Positions 51,867-63,208 of a stretch of DNA of 64,000 bases are shown here, piece by piece. The notes beneath the pieces are model-generated. The model did not search any database. It saw only the letters and a list, made by a program, of their open reading frames with translations, and was not told the origin of the DNA. A program made the translations under genes and the position numbers. The stretch is from assembly GCA_010093995.1 (NCBI GenBank), contig ML992507.1, forward strand, positions 555,576 through 619,575, given 5' to 3'. Every line of letters begins with the position of its first letter. Position 1 is the stretch's first letter. The stretch is from Elsinoe ampelina (lineage: Eukaryota).

Positions 51867-52811
51867 TTAGGGGTCATCCATTATCTCGCTGGAGTCATCG
51901 TACCCTGGATCAGGGTCGGTGTGGTCGTCCGCTCCGACGAGGACTCCGTCAAGAGACTCGGTGTCGCCGGAAAGGTCATCACCGACGTAGACCCAATCGT
52001 CAGCAGCCCCGCTGGTCTCCTTTCCGTCCTCGCCGAAGCTGTCGTGCGACTGATGAGTGTCCATCTGATTTGTCGTCTCAACCTCCTGCGGAGTGGTGCA
52101 TTGCCCCTCCAGACCACGAGGATGAGTTCGCACGAACGAGACAGTCGCTTCGCGCGTGAGTCTCACTCGACCAAACTTCTGTCTGGGCAAGACGCTGCAA
52201 GACTCAGCAAGGCAGGACTTTCGTACCTCGAGCAGCTTGTCGTTGAGGTCGCTTTCGATAATCGCAAAACCCTGCTCGAGATCATATCCACGTAACCCAC
52301 GCTCTTCGCAGCGAACAGCATCTTCCCACGCTGATCCTACGAGTGTAATCGCCGCTTTCCCAAAGCCCTCGGAGATTTTGATTCGCTTCTCATACGCTTC
52401 TTCCTCGATCCTAGCAACTTCCGCGTTTGATACCTCAGAAGAGATCAACGCTGGATGAGTGCGAATTAGCAGTCTCTCAAGCTCCAGATAAGCTATCCTC
52501 TCGTCAAACGCTCGCTCGCGACTCGGGGGCCCGACGGTGCGGAGTGAGCTCATGATTTCGTCGTCGGAGACCTCGGAATTGTCCACCATCATTCGCCCTG
52601 GTTTGTCGATGTATATGGAGGTACGGTAGGCATGGTTCTGCTCGTGGCAAGTCCTGCACACCCCATGGATAAGGAAACGGTGTGTGTCGAGATCAGCACA
52701 AACAGTCACAGAAGCTAGTTTTCGCGTCTTGTGGCGGTCGCTCTTGGTGCATACCACGCCCTTGGCAAGGTCATGACCACAGCGGGTGTTGAAGCGCACT
52801 ATGCGGCACAT
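51867..52811 (-). CDS. MC/CxH Cys-rich family, member 2 (314 aa)
   Basis: MCRIVRFNTRCGH...GVCRTCH...IYIDKPGRMMVDNSEVSDDEIMSSL; acidic tail. Confidence 0.8.
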   Translation of the reverse strand: MCRIVRFNTRCGHDLAKGVVCTKSDRHKTRKLASVTVCADLDTHRFLIHGVCRTCHEQNHAYRTSIYIDKPGRMMVDNSEVSDDEIMSSLRTVGPPSRERAFDERIAYLELERLLIRTHPALISSEVSNAEVARIEEEAYEKRIKISEGFGKAAITLVGSAWEDAVRCEERGLRGYDLEQGFAIIESDLNDKLLEVRKSCLAESCSVLPRQKFGRVRLTREATVSFVRTHPRGLEGQCTTPQEVETTNQMDTHQSHDSFGEDGKETSGAADDWVYVGDDLSGDTESLDGVLVGADDHTDPDPGYDDSSEIMDDP

Positions 52812-53613
52812 GGTGGTTGCGCTCGAATGTTCTGCTGTGGAAGAGGGCAGCGTCGAATTTGCGGAGTCCAAAGACCTGGCTGGAATAGTGGTGATTGTGA
52901 AAGACGCAACTTGTTGAAGGCGTGAAAGTCGGAAAAAGTACTACAGAAGTACCTTGAATGACAGGATCGACAAAAGTTCACTTCGGAGACGGCCCGCCCC
53001 TTCGTTACGAACTCGATACTGTGTCCTCAATCAGTATGAAGTCACCGTGAATCTGCCAAAGAGAGACAGCACCGGTGTGCTTTTTCACCAAATGCATGGA
53101 AATCTGGCCATTACAAACCTTGGAGGGCATGACAGGATCGCCCAGAATTCTCACGCTACCTTATCAGGGGAAGATCGTAAGATTCAGACTGGATATGCTT
53201 GCATCTTTCCAAAATTGGTGCGAAGAAGCAAACAATTGGTACCGGAAGTCTGCAGGTTGACGTTTCAGCATGCCTGCCAAGATATCACCATGCAGAGTCA
53301 ACCGACACCATGTGTCTGTCCTCACTGGAAAGCTCGATTCATCACATTGGTCGCATCATTCTCGAAGTCACGGCATACCAGGAGGATTCTGGGTGCCAAG
53401 ACATAAAGAAGAAGCGTCATCACGGACGCTACTTAGTCGAGACACATCACTTGAACCTTGAGGATATTAACATTGCCTTGATCTTTGGACCTATCATGAA
53501 GAAAAGCTAATGTCAATTTTCACCACTTCCGAAAACTCTTTCTGTTGAACCTAGTACTGCTTTTGTTCCCTCGGCGCTGTCCAATCGGAATTGTAACCCT
53601 TCGCCAAGTTCGA

Positions 53614-54705
53614 TCACTCAGCGTCCAACGATAATTCGTCTTCCGACATGGTCCAATCGTCCTCCTCGATCTCTGACCAGTCGTCGCCCGAGACTTCCAC
53701 GGCTGTGTCATCTAGACTGCCTGCCGACCCGATAATGTAGCCCTCAGTCAAGTCGTCGTCATCATCATCCTCAAAGTCATCGATCCAGGTATCGGTAGAG
53801 CTGTCGCCTGGATGAACATGCAGGCCGTCCTGAAGGTCATCGTGACGGTCATCAAATGTTCCTTCTGGTAGTCTTTCGATATGCACAGCCCCCCCGTCAG
53901 CCTGGCTATCTGCGTCAGGCGTGAGAATTGTCGAGTCCGTGAAGGGACTGTCGGGAGTTGCGGCGTAGTCAATATCTCCATTAGCAAGATGGATTGCAGA
54001 TGACGTGGGGCTTCCGTGGCAGAACTTGTCGATATCTTCCGGTTTGACTCGAGAGAAGAGGACAGCATCATGTGACATAGTTCCAATCACCACCATTGAA
54101 GACTGGGGAAGGACTTTTGTGCACTCGAGCAAGCACTTCTTGCGAGCGACGGACATTATGCCGTTGACTTTGCGCTCGAATAGCTCTGGATTTGCGTCGT
54201 ACTCTTGGCCCAAGGCGGCCTGGTGGTGTCTCATAGTCGACAGCGAGACAGCTATGAAGTCTTTGATCAAGTTCCGCCATCGCTTCCATGTCTCGGACTC
54301 GACTTTCATAGCCTCCTCATTCGAGAGTCGCGAAGAGATGATGACTGGCCGAGCACGAAGCATCAGCAGCTGCATTGTATGAACAGCGAGTGTTTCTTCC
54401 ATGGACCGACGCTCGCTCGGTGGCCCAGCGGCGTAAATCGAGTCCATGAGTTCGTCATCGGAGATGAAAGAGTCGTCAACCACCAAGGAGCCACCTTTGG
54501 TGACGTGGATCTTTGTGAGTCCTGGGTGTCCCTTGTCATGGCAGGTCTCGCAGACACCACGGAATCCGAGATTGTAGATCCTTCTGCTCGCACAAGATGA
54601 GACAAGTGCCAAAGGATTGGTTGCATCTATGGGAATACCACTGCATTGACTCACGTGACTCCTGGCGTGGCCACAACGGGGCCTGATGACTGTGAAATTG
54701 CACAT
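53614..54705 (-). CDS. MC/CxH Cys-rich family, member 3 (363 aa)
   Basis: MCNFTVIRPRCGH...GVCETCH...IHVTKGGSLVVDDSFISDDELMDSI; very acidic tail with Trp residues. Confidence 0.8.
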   Translation of the reverse strand: MCNFTVIRPRCGHARSHVSQCSGIPIDATNPLALVSSCASRRIYNLGFRGVCETCHDKGHPGLTKIHVTKGGSLVVDDSFISDDELMDSIYAAGPPSERRSMEETLAVHTMQLLMLRARPVIISSRLSNEEAMKVESETWKRWRNLIKDFIAVSLSTMRHHQAALGQEYDANPELFERKVNGIMSVARKKCLLECTKVLPQSSMVVIGTMSHDAVLFSRVKPEDIDKFCHGSPTSSAIHLANGDIDYAATPDSPFTDSTILTPDADSQADGGAVHIERLPEGTFDDRHDDLQDGLHVHPGDSSTDTWIDDFEDDDDDDLTEGYIIGSAGSLDDTAVEVSGDDWSEIEEDDWTMSEDELSLDAE

Positions 54706-56591
54706 GGTCAGCCACGCGCTTTCGTTGCAAGAGAAAGAATCTTTCGATGCTGCGAGTCCTGAGCGATGGCTCAGTTGTGAGAGTGGCGAAAGTGTTAGAA
54801 GGGGTGAAACCGACGAAGTGAGTCGAAGACGATTGGGTGCGACAGGACGAAGTCTCGAAGTTCGAGTTTTGCTGGCAGCACTTTGTGGCACGTGATCCAC
54901 CCAAAGCGAACCCCCTATCGGACGCGGGCCGTCCCTCTCAAACATATTTGCTGGTTCCCTGCCAGCTCATCACATACTCTCACCACTTTGAGTAGCGGAT
55001 GCAACGACTCTGTCGTCATGACCGTTATTGAGCAGCCCTAGAGTTGACAGATCCCAAAGCAGATTTGACACGATGCTGTGTCATACGCTGTAAACACTTG
55101 CGTGGCTTGAAGAGGGCCACAAAGCCGTCACAGACACCACGCGCTAGAAGAATACAACGCAACGATCATTGGATCAGATTCAATGCTCTTATATGGTATG
55201 TATGAATAGCAAACGAAAACGACCGGAAACCTGCAGAACAACAGCGCAGCATTCCGAGATACATCCTTTACTAGCTTGAAGTGGAAAGCACACACACTAC
55301 CCGATTCAGAGATTTCTTCCTAGAGATTCCCTGTGGCTTCGCCATGGAAAGCATCGAAGTCGACTCCTCTCTTCACCTGCAACTCACGGACCCGCCTTGG
55401 ATTCGGCGGAGGTTAACGCCGGTCTCGATTCTCGTCGAGACAGAACGTACTGATCGAACTAAGGAAGTCTCACCGATCCATTCATTTCTTTAGTGTGGGA
55501 TCTGACGACGCGGAAAATCATGCAATCTGGACAAAGGAGCAAACATGAACCACCGAAAACTCCCGAGTCACCGATGTTGCGGCCCGATCAGGATATCTCA
55601 GCCATTCAATCTATGTCGCTGCAAAATCTTCAGCACCGTCACACGCTCCCGAAAGTTCATATGCAATACCGCTCTCCTTGGTCTTTTGACAAGCTCTGGC
55701 ACCGTCTAGGACTCGAAAACTGTCATCGGCACCCAGTCTGATCATGCATCACACTCTATTCTGAAGAACCACGGACTGCACTGCCGTGGCGTCCGTGGCG
55801 CCAGAAGATCATTGACCATTCCTCGACCACTTATGTGTGTTCATATCATTGGGACAGTGAGTTGCCGACCGGGTGATTTGAGGTGTCTCGATTCGATCAA
55901 TTGGTGAGCGCACGTGGTCTCGAAGATTGTGTCTCTACACATGATGCTTGATGATCTGCTGCAGTGGGGAAAGGTTTCATTACTAAGCTGGTAATGCTGG
56001 GAGCTCGAAATTTATGTCGGTACCCGATGCTGGAGAAGTATAGGGGAGCAGGGACCGCCGCATCAGATGACTTGAATCCGGCTCTCATCTGGGCGCAGTC
56101 CGGACATCTAGAACTGGTGTTCCGTTTGCCACATCAGATGCTATGCAAATCGTGCAAGAATACTGGCCGCAAAAGAGTAGACGTCATGTTATCAGATTGA
56201 GATATCACAGCCAGCGCAGCGCTAAGCGTAGCGGCGGTCACGACTTGGATGACCACCATAGAGAGTAGGAATTGCGAGAACGATTAGATGAGCTGCATGA
56301 CATATGTAGCGCCTGGATCCGGCAGGAGCAAACGGGTATCACATAGAAATACGCTCGCCCGGCGACACAAGCACGAAGAGCAGAACATGGCTCATTGCAT
56401 TTGCCACGCGAAGGAACGCTACCGAGATTGTCGCAGCACAAGTTCGGGAGACAGCTTGTATGCGATCGGGCAACAACACTGCCCGCCACATCTCGTCTGT
56501 CGTACAAGTGAAAGCTTTCTAGGATTGTCACTGGCCCCGAAAAACGACCTCACTCGTATCGCATGAATGTAGCCGGCTGATTAGTCACTGC

Positions 56592-57536
56592 CTAATTCTC
56601 ACGCGAATCTGCGTCAGACGTTTCGGGATCCGCCCTTGTCGTGGTGGTGCTGACTGCGGCTGTGTTGCGGTCTGGATTGAGCAGCTGCCATTCACTGACC
56701 GAGCTGTCAAGTGAGTCACTCGTGGAGTCTCCGACGCTCATGGAGCCTTCCGAGATCATCACCGACTTGTCTGTCATGCTACCTCTCCTCGTGGAGAACC
56801 CTGTCCCTTGAATGTCGGCTTGCGAGTCGGACTCCCAGCTGATTGAGGAGGTTTCCCCGCCCGTGTCGGAGATTGCATCCACTGGACCCAAGATCGAAAA
56901 GACTGCGGTCAAAGGCGGTGGAGCCGTTGAGCTACGTTGATGTCGGACTCGATTGCCAGCAAATCCTATGAGACATCTCCGACGGAGCGATTGCAGATTT
57001 GCCCGGATGGCTTGTACCATGGTGTCGTTCTCCAGCCTTCCTGTGTTAATGTCGGCATCCAGATGGGGGCATCCTGCGATCAGATATCGTGTGATGTGAA
57101 GACCCTCTTTCCCGAAACGTTCCAGGACAGAGCGGAAGCGAACTGGGAAACTGTCCTGTAATTGCTTTGGGCCAGTCTCATCCGGCTCACCTCTTGTGGG
57201 TATACCAAGAGAGACCTTCTCAATCAAAGCAGCGAGCATGGCCACAATTGAGCTTTCCGCTATCAATTGACGGTGGAGTGTGCGCTCATTCTCGTTGAGC
57301 AATCCAATGATCTCCTCAAGACAAACATCGGCATGTGTCATCACGATTGTACAATTTCGCGTGATGTAGACATAACCGGTATCAGCATCAGCCCTGTGCC
57401 GATGACAGTCCTCGCACAGGCCCATGAAGCTAATGACAATGTTGTCTTCTTGCTCTGGCGGATCCTGTGAGGGTTTTCCATGAGACCAGACTTGAGAATG
57501 ACCACAAGAAGCCTTGAAAATTGTTGTTTCGGTCAT
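56592..57536 (-). CDS. MC/CxH Cys-rich family, member 4 (314 aa, first Cys lost)
   Basis: MTETTIFKASCGH...GLCEDCH...VYITRNCTIVMTHADVCLEEI...LRRRCL; Ser/Asp-rich tail. Confidence 0.75.
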   Translation of the reverse strand: MTETTIFKASCGHSQVWSHGKPSQDPPEQEDNIVISFMGLCEDCHRHRADADTGYVYITRNCTIVMTHADVCLEEIIGLLNENERTLHRQLIAESSIVAMLAALIEKVSLGIPTRGEPDETGPKQLQDSFPVRFRSVLERFGKEGLHITRYLIAGCPHLDADINTGRLENDTMVQAIRANLQSLRRRCLIGFAGNRVRHQRSSTAPPPLTAVFSILGPVDAISDTGGETSSISWESDSQADIQGTGFSTRRGSMTDKSVMISEGSMSVGDSTSDSLDSSVSEWQLLNPDRNTAAVSTTTTRADPETSDADSREN

Positions 57537-58174
57537 GTTGCACGGGTCCACTCCGGGGGCGTGATATTTGATAGAGGGGAGAAGAGATGCCTTGAAGCCA
57601 CGCTGAATCAAAACGACAGGTACCAGTCAGCAGAACGGCAACTAGCACATGATCAGGCACCAATCGAGTGAAAGCATCGAAGTGTCCAGGAGCGGTGCGA
57701 TCTTCACAGCACGCTGAGGGGTACCAAATCTTGTACCACATATACCGCGAATTGGTGTGTTGCACAATGTGCGACCATCCACACGGAGTGTCCCGGAGCA
57801 AACAATCGGGATCTTTCGCGTCCTCCAGAGTCTGGTACCCAATGGTCGCGTGGCGATACGCAGCAACGATGAGTTCACGCCACTGCGCTTGGAACACAGG
57901 ATTTCATCGCGAGGAGTGGGTCAGATGATCCCAGACATGCATTTCGCCGACAACTGCGCATGCTGCATGGTATTTGCACAGTTTTCACAGGACTTACAAC
58001 TGCAACACACTGGCAGAAGGGTGATCGCCATTGTATTCGCCCTCAATTGATGCGGTCACGGACACCGCAGGCGAATACAGGCTGGGACTATGCTTGAGGG
58101 GTGGATCACTCTGTTCATTCTAAAGCTACCGCCTCCATGTGAGATGCTCCAATGACAACCGCTCCGCACTACAA

Positions 58175-59032
58175 TCAAGACAGAAATATGTAACCCCCGA
58201 CGGCATGTTCGCTGCTTGAACTGCTTGGTGTGATGATCACCCGGTCATTCTCATCATCACTTCCATCTGCAACATCGACCACTGCATGACACCCCGCACA
58301 CTGCTCATGGTCGTCAGAGTTCGCTGCTGAGAGCTCGGAGACCTCCTCATTATTGTCGCTATGCACCGATAAGACCAGCATCTGCAACCCGACATCTCCA
58401 GGGTTTGTCAGGAGCCTTGCGTCACTGGATCGAGGGATGATGCTGGCTATGTTTGAGATACGTTCCCTTCGAGCGCTGACTAGCTGGTCCGAAATGTCAC
58501 AGGCTCTTGCGTATCTTCTTGCCGAGTTGGTGGCCTGTTAAGCAGGTGTTACGGCCTCACCCGATGAGCCCCGAGGTATCTGAAGCATGTTCGCCGAGAA
58601 GTCCATGCAGTCATCCGGTAGACTCCTTTGTAATTCGACCGCTCTGGCTGTAATGCGGATGGCCTCCTCTCACGACTCCGCCGCAGCGAGCGCCACCAGT
58701 ACTATGCATAAGGACCAAAATTTCCATTACCATGAATTCCTCCGCGGCGAAGCGACTGTGAGTGCTCGATAGTAGAGTGAACAAGCATTCCATCAGCTCC
58801 TCATCTGTCATGCACGGGTTGTCGTCATGATAAAGACCTTCGATCCGGAGACGTAGCCTGTGTCGTGGCAATCCCGACAGGCACCTCACAGCCCTACACG
58901 GGAGTGGCGCTGAGCCCTACGGATGGTCAAAATGTCAGCATAACGGAGAGCATCTGCGGAGAATTTCTCGCAAATACTTATTCTGCATTGGCGATGACCG
59001 CACGCAAGAGGTAGAGTGACTCCGATACACAT
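58175..59032 (-). pseudogene. MC/CxH Cys-rich family, member 5 (pseudogene)
   Basis: MCIGVTLPLACGH...GL*GACRDCH...KVFI with TGA at 58888-58886, then a frameshift to DDNPCMTDEELMECL; acidic tail ends at 58175. Confidence 0.8.
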
Positions 59033-59749
59033 GATTGATTGTAGAATCCGTGGATGGAGTTGCGTGCGAGGGAGGATAGCGTAAACAGCTGGTGCTTGGC
59101 GCTGCTAGAAACTCATTTCGGTTTCAAGAGACGGCCAAAGTATCTTCTGAGCTGTCACTGGAGGTTCTGCTCGAATCGATGGCCTGGCAACTCGCCGGGT
59201 GAACCTCTCGACCAATGCCCCGAAGCCATGATATAGTGACCAATCATCACATCCTTGTGGTGTATGACGGCGATAGAATGCTAAAAAGCTTACGCATTGA
59301 ACGATCGTTGGCCAAGAATGATTGAACTGGCTCGATTCGTCATTTTGTAGCAACATTCAACGAGAAAGCAAACGTCTTTGGGATACCACATAGGTCTTGC
59401 TTGACAGGACGGTGCTTTCTGGCCAGCAGTCACAAACGACCGAGTCGATCTGTTGGTCTAGCCCGAGGCTCTGTAACATCAGATCGATCACCTAGAAGCC
59501 GATAGAAGCCAAGGCTTGTAAATTGAACGCGGGCAATGTTATGTGACTCGACGTATCAGAATCGTCACAGACTTATGCGATGCCACTCGAAACGCTACTC
59601 CTGAACTTGAAATCATCAATGAAGCTGTCGTTTGTCCTTTCGATATTACGACTTGCTATGGAATACTCCCAGCCCAATACCCATGCTTTACTAACGTATA
59701 CTGAGCCCAATGATGGCACGGCATCCGACAAGATCGAAGAACGGCGTAC

Positions 59750-60595
59750 TCAAATCCGCAAGTCGTCAACACTTCCTGAACTGGTAGGCGTGAAGATGAC
59801 GAGACCTTCCACCTCCTCTTCTAAACTGTCATCGTCGTATCCGTCACAAATTGCGGGTGTCATGTCAGGAGAAATGTTCATTGCCGAGAAAGGCGGATCG
59901 ATCACTGTTGTCGCCCTGATCATGTCCGAGGAGTAACCTCGACCAAGACTTGCAGTCCAGGGGTCAATGAAAAGCTCTCCAGAAGCTCTGGGGCGCGCTC
60001 TTATCTTTGCCACCACTGGCTGGGCTACCATCGTGAACATACCAAGAAGGCAGAGGTTTCGGAAATCCCTCAGTGCGGACCAGCCGTCACTGAGCATGCG
60101 ATCTGCAGCTGGAGTCGGAAAGTCTTTGTTCGCCGCGTCCAGTCTGTTGATCCTGTGGACAATCTGGCTGGAGCCTGTCAGAAAGTCCCACATCAACGAT
60201 TTGCGCCGTTGCTCCACATCCTCGACCAATTCCTGTACTCTATTGGTCTCGAAATTGACCACTGGTCGGATTCTGGAGATCAGCTTGAAAAGCTGCTCCA
60301 AAACATTCGCTTCAGCGGCCCACCTAGATGCTGCCGAATTGTCTCCTTGGTGTAGAGAATCGACCAACTCTTCGTTCGAGATGTTCGGATCATCAATCAT
60401 TAGTATTCCCCGCTTCGTGATGAAGACCTTCTCCTTCATCTTCGAATGCTCCGGATCATGATGGCACCTATCGCAAAGGCCAACGAGAAGCAATTGTAGT
60501 TGCAAATTCCGTTTGCACTCCTCGATGTTCCCGCAAGGGCGAGGCAGTGAGTAGAGATGCTCACACAAAGTGTGGAAAAAGAGAGTCTGACACAT
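59750..60595 (-). CDS. MC/CxH Cys-rich family, member 6 (281 aa)
   Basis: MCQTLFFHTLCEH...GLCDRCH...KVFITKRGILMIDDPNISNEELVDSL...FRNLCL; acidic tail. Confidence 0.8.
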   Translation of the reverse strand: MCQTLFFHTLCEHLYSLPRPCGNIEECKRNLQLQLLLVGLCDRCHHDPEHSKMKEKVFITKRGILMIDDPNISNEELVDSLHQGDNSAASRWAAEANVLEQLFKLISRIRPVVNFETNRVQELVEDVEQRRKSLMWDFLTGSSQIVHRINRLDAANKDFPTPAADRMLSDGWSALRDFRNLCLLGMFTMVAQPVVAKIRARPRASGELFIDPWTASLGRGYSSDMIRATTVIDPPFSAMNISPDMTPAICDGYDDDSLEEEVEGLVIFTPTSSGSVDDLRI

Positions 60596-61299
60596 AGTCG
60601 TTGGAGAAGGGTCGAACGTGATTAGGTGTGAGGTTGAAGAGGTTTGGAAGCGTCAGAGATCCGATCCTCGAGATATTTATCCTCATTGCAGAGAGGACTG
60701 ACAGCGAGTAGCTGGACCCAGTCTTGTTTCGACATGAAGATTACTACTTTCAGTTGCACCACGTGGCGCGTTCTTTTCCAAGGTTCAATTGACTTGTCAA
60801 CGCGCGAAGGATTCGTCACACGGCATGCCTTCTGTCACGAATCTGACAATTGTTCACGGATGAATATGATACGCCGAAAAAATGTGACGTGTGAACGATT
60901 GGATATCCTTATATATCATCCACTCTCTTTACTCCACGAGATGACAAATTGCGAGACAGCAAACAACGAACATCCTCTTCTAATCAGCAAACCTGGAATA
61001 TCATCAGGCGCTGAGCTGAGCCATAGTGCATGATGTCATGTACCCTTTCAAGTCACGACTAGAGGGGAAATTATGGGTTACGAAACAGGTGTGCCATGTG
61101 GGCACCCTTCAGCACCGTTTCGTGATCGTCTATGAAGTTTCAGAGATCTCAACGGACCAGTGAGAAAGCCCTCGGACCTCAATCTAGCTCTGAATCCTGC
61201 CGGAACAGTAGTTCACAAGCTTTGTCGTCCGAGTGTTCATCCTCATCTCGATTCGGCAAGCTTGTACTTCATCCCAGAAGCCCCTCTCGTCTTGCCACT

Positions 61300-61930
61300 C
61301 CTCTTAGGCTTCTACGCTCTTGGAAGTTCAAGCGTCCTGTTTGTAGCAAGAAACCCCAGGAAGATCCTGAGTATCAGTCGACTGCGGAATACTCTGACCG
61401 CTTGTTCATGGTTTGCCACCGGCAGTTCGTTGTCCGAAGAGGAGGACGACGATGAAAGGGCGATCGCGAAGCTCTTCGACCTCGAGCCACCTTTCTTCGA
61501 AGCTCAATCGCCTTGATATCCGACCAAAGCTTTGCTATCTCATCGCTCGTCGATGTTCAGTCTCGAATTCCACCTCAAGTCTCTCTTGGTACATCCGCAC
61601 AGCGACGACTCTGGCCATGAAACTGTTTATCTCGTCTCCCACTATGCTGACTGTGCTCACATTACCGTTCGACAACGGTTCCTCGTCGTTGTAAATGAGT
61701 ACTCGTATGATGTGTGCTGGAAGGTCGAGGTGATGCAACACAACACATCCTTCTGTGGTGAAGTGAACACACTGGAGCGTTTCTGGCGAAGCAGCTCTGC
61801 ATGCGTCGTTGAGTTCCATTACTCCTATCCGCGCCCTTTTTCGCCGTCAACAGTCTTTCACATGCTCACATGGTTTCTTGACTTCCACCGGGTGGTCGCA
61901 TGATGGTCGGAAAGTGATCGTGACGCACAT
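61300..61930 (-). pseudogene. MC/CxH Cys-rich family, member 7 (pseudogene, sister of member 8); 3' end approximate
   Basis: MCVTITFRPSCDH...PCEHVKDC* (TGA 61849-61847), same frame continues ...TEGCVVLHHLDLPAHIIRVLIY...; TAG at 61537-61535; later frameshift to SSSSSSDNE. Confidence 0.8.
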
Positions 61931-62509
61931 GTCGCGTCCGTTGCCCACTATCTATCCGATGCAAGCTCGAGGTAGCTCAATGAGCTTGAGGTGGCGACGA
62001 ATTGTCGAGATGGAAGGCGAGATGGATCTCAACCCTACAATAGCCAAGAACTTACTTATCATTGTCCTCCAGCGGTTATGTACGAGTCGATTTATTTTGC
62101 GTCACAAAAGCCTTGCTCCATACTCACCATGTAAAGCATGGAGTCCTTTCGATTGAAAATGATCGAACGATATCCCAAGAAGCACCACGGAGAACAGAGA
62201 TGTGTAACACCGGGTAGTTCCAAGAATAGGCAAACATGTTCTCAGCTGGAAACGGCTCCAAAAGAGCGAGACAGGAGATACAGGGTCAGCTGGATATTTG
62301 GAGCGTATTCGATCACTCAAACGGTCCAGGGGTTCCAGTATAGGACAACTATAGATGAACCAAGAATTTTGATCTAGAAGCAAAGGTGGTGGAGCTCGCA
62401 GCTACCTCGGAGCTATGATAAGCATACTACACACCCGCCATGCGTCGCCCAGTGCAAGATGGCAACCTTGGTCTTGACAAGAGTCTGAAAAGCTCCCCCT
62501 CTGGTCTTA

Positions 62510-63208
62510 TTACTCTTCGTCGCTCATATCAGAGGATAAAGAGGAGGATTCGTGGCAAAGACCTTCCTGTCTTGCTGTTTCTCGGAGTAAGCCAGCCTCT
62601 TCGTAAGTGAGCAGCGGACTGCGAGTTGCTGCTTCCATATCCGCTCGAAGCTGTCGGCGCCTCAAACGATAGAGCTGGATCCGTTCAATCGCATCTGTCA
62701 AGCTCTCGTGGTCGGATGAGGAAGCCGAAGATGGAGAATCAGGGTCTCCATAAACCGTGTCAATGTCTCTGATGGTAGTAGCGAATCTCACCAAGAAGTC
62801 GTTAAACCTTCTCGCCCTATCCTGTCGTCGTATCTCCCTCTCTACGACCGCGTCTACTGCCTCATTCATTTCTCGAGCACTTGTGACCCTTGTCATAAGG
62901 TTTTGACGCTCATCCATCAGTTGCTGATTTGCCGCTTCTTGGTTCCCAGCGTTCTCGTTCTCATCAACATAGAGCAGAGATCGAATGACCTGATCAGGCA
63001 GGGAAAGATGATGAATAGTGATCTCGCCATCGGTATTCAGTGATGCATCTTCGGAGATCCCCAGAGACGCCTCTCTACAGGGATGACACAAGGCGACCGC
63101 TCGCAGATGGACTTCGGTGTTTTGTTGGCAGCTTTCTCCTTCCTCGCAAGGTCTTGTCGCTTGAACGCGATGACGACATGATGGTCGCCAATTGATAGTG
63201 ACACACAT
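62510..63208 (-). CDS. MC/CxH Cys-rich family, member 8 (232 aa)
   Basis: MCVTINWRPSCRH...PCEEGESC...ALCHPC...TDGEITIHHLSLPDQVIRSLLY; ends SSSLSSDMSDEE. Confidence 0.78.
   Translation of the reverse strand: MCVTINWRPSCRHRVQATRPCEEGESCQQNTEVHLRAVALCHPCREASLGISEDASLNTDGEITIHHLSLPDQVIRSLLYVDENENAGNQEAANQQLMDERQNLMTRVTSAREMNEAVDAVVEREIRRQDRARRFNDFLVRFATTIRDIDTVYGDPDSPSSASSSDHESLTDAIERIQLYRLRRRQLRADMEAATRSPLLTYEEAGLLRETARQEGLCHESSSLSSDMSDEE

Noticed and set aside
57430..58050. Cys-containing short ORFs between array members 4 and 5
   Set aside because: They lack the MC-x8-CxH start and shared block; treated as spacer.
58886..61849. In-frame TGA codons in members 5 and 7 as selenocysteine or readthrough
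   Set aside because: Both copies also carry frameshifts or other stops, and the TGAs are not at conserved Cys positions.
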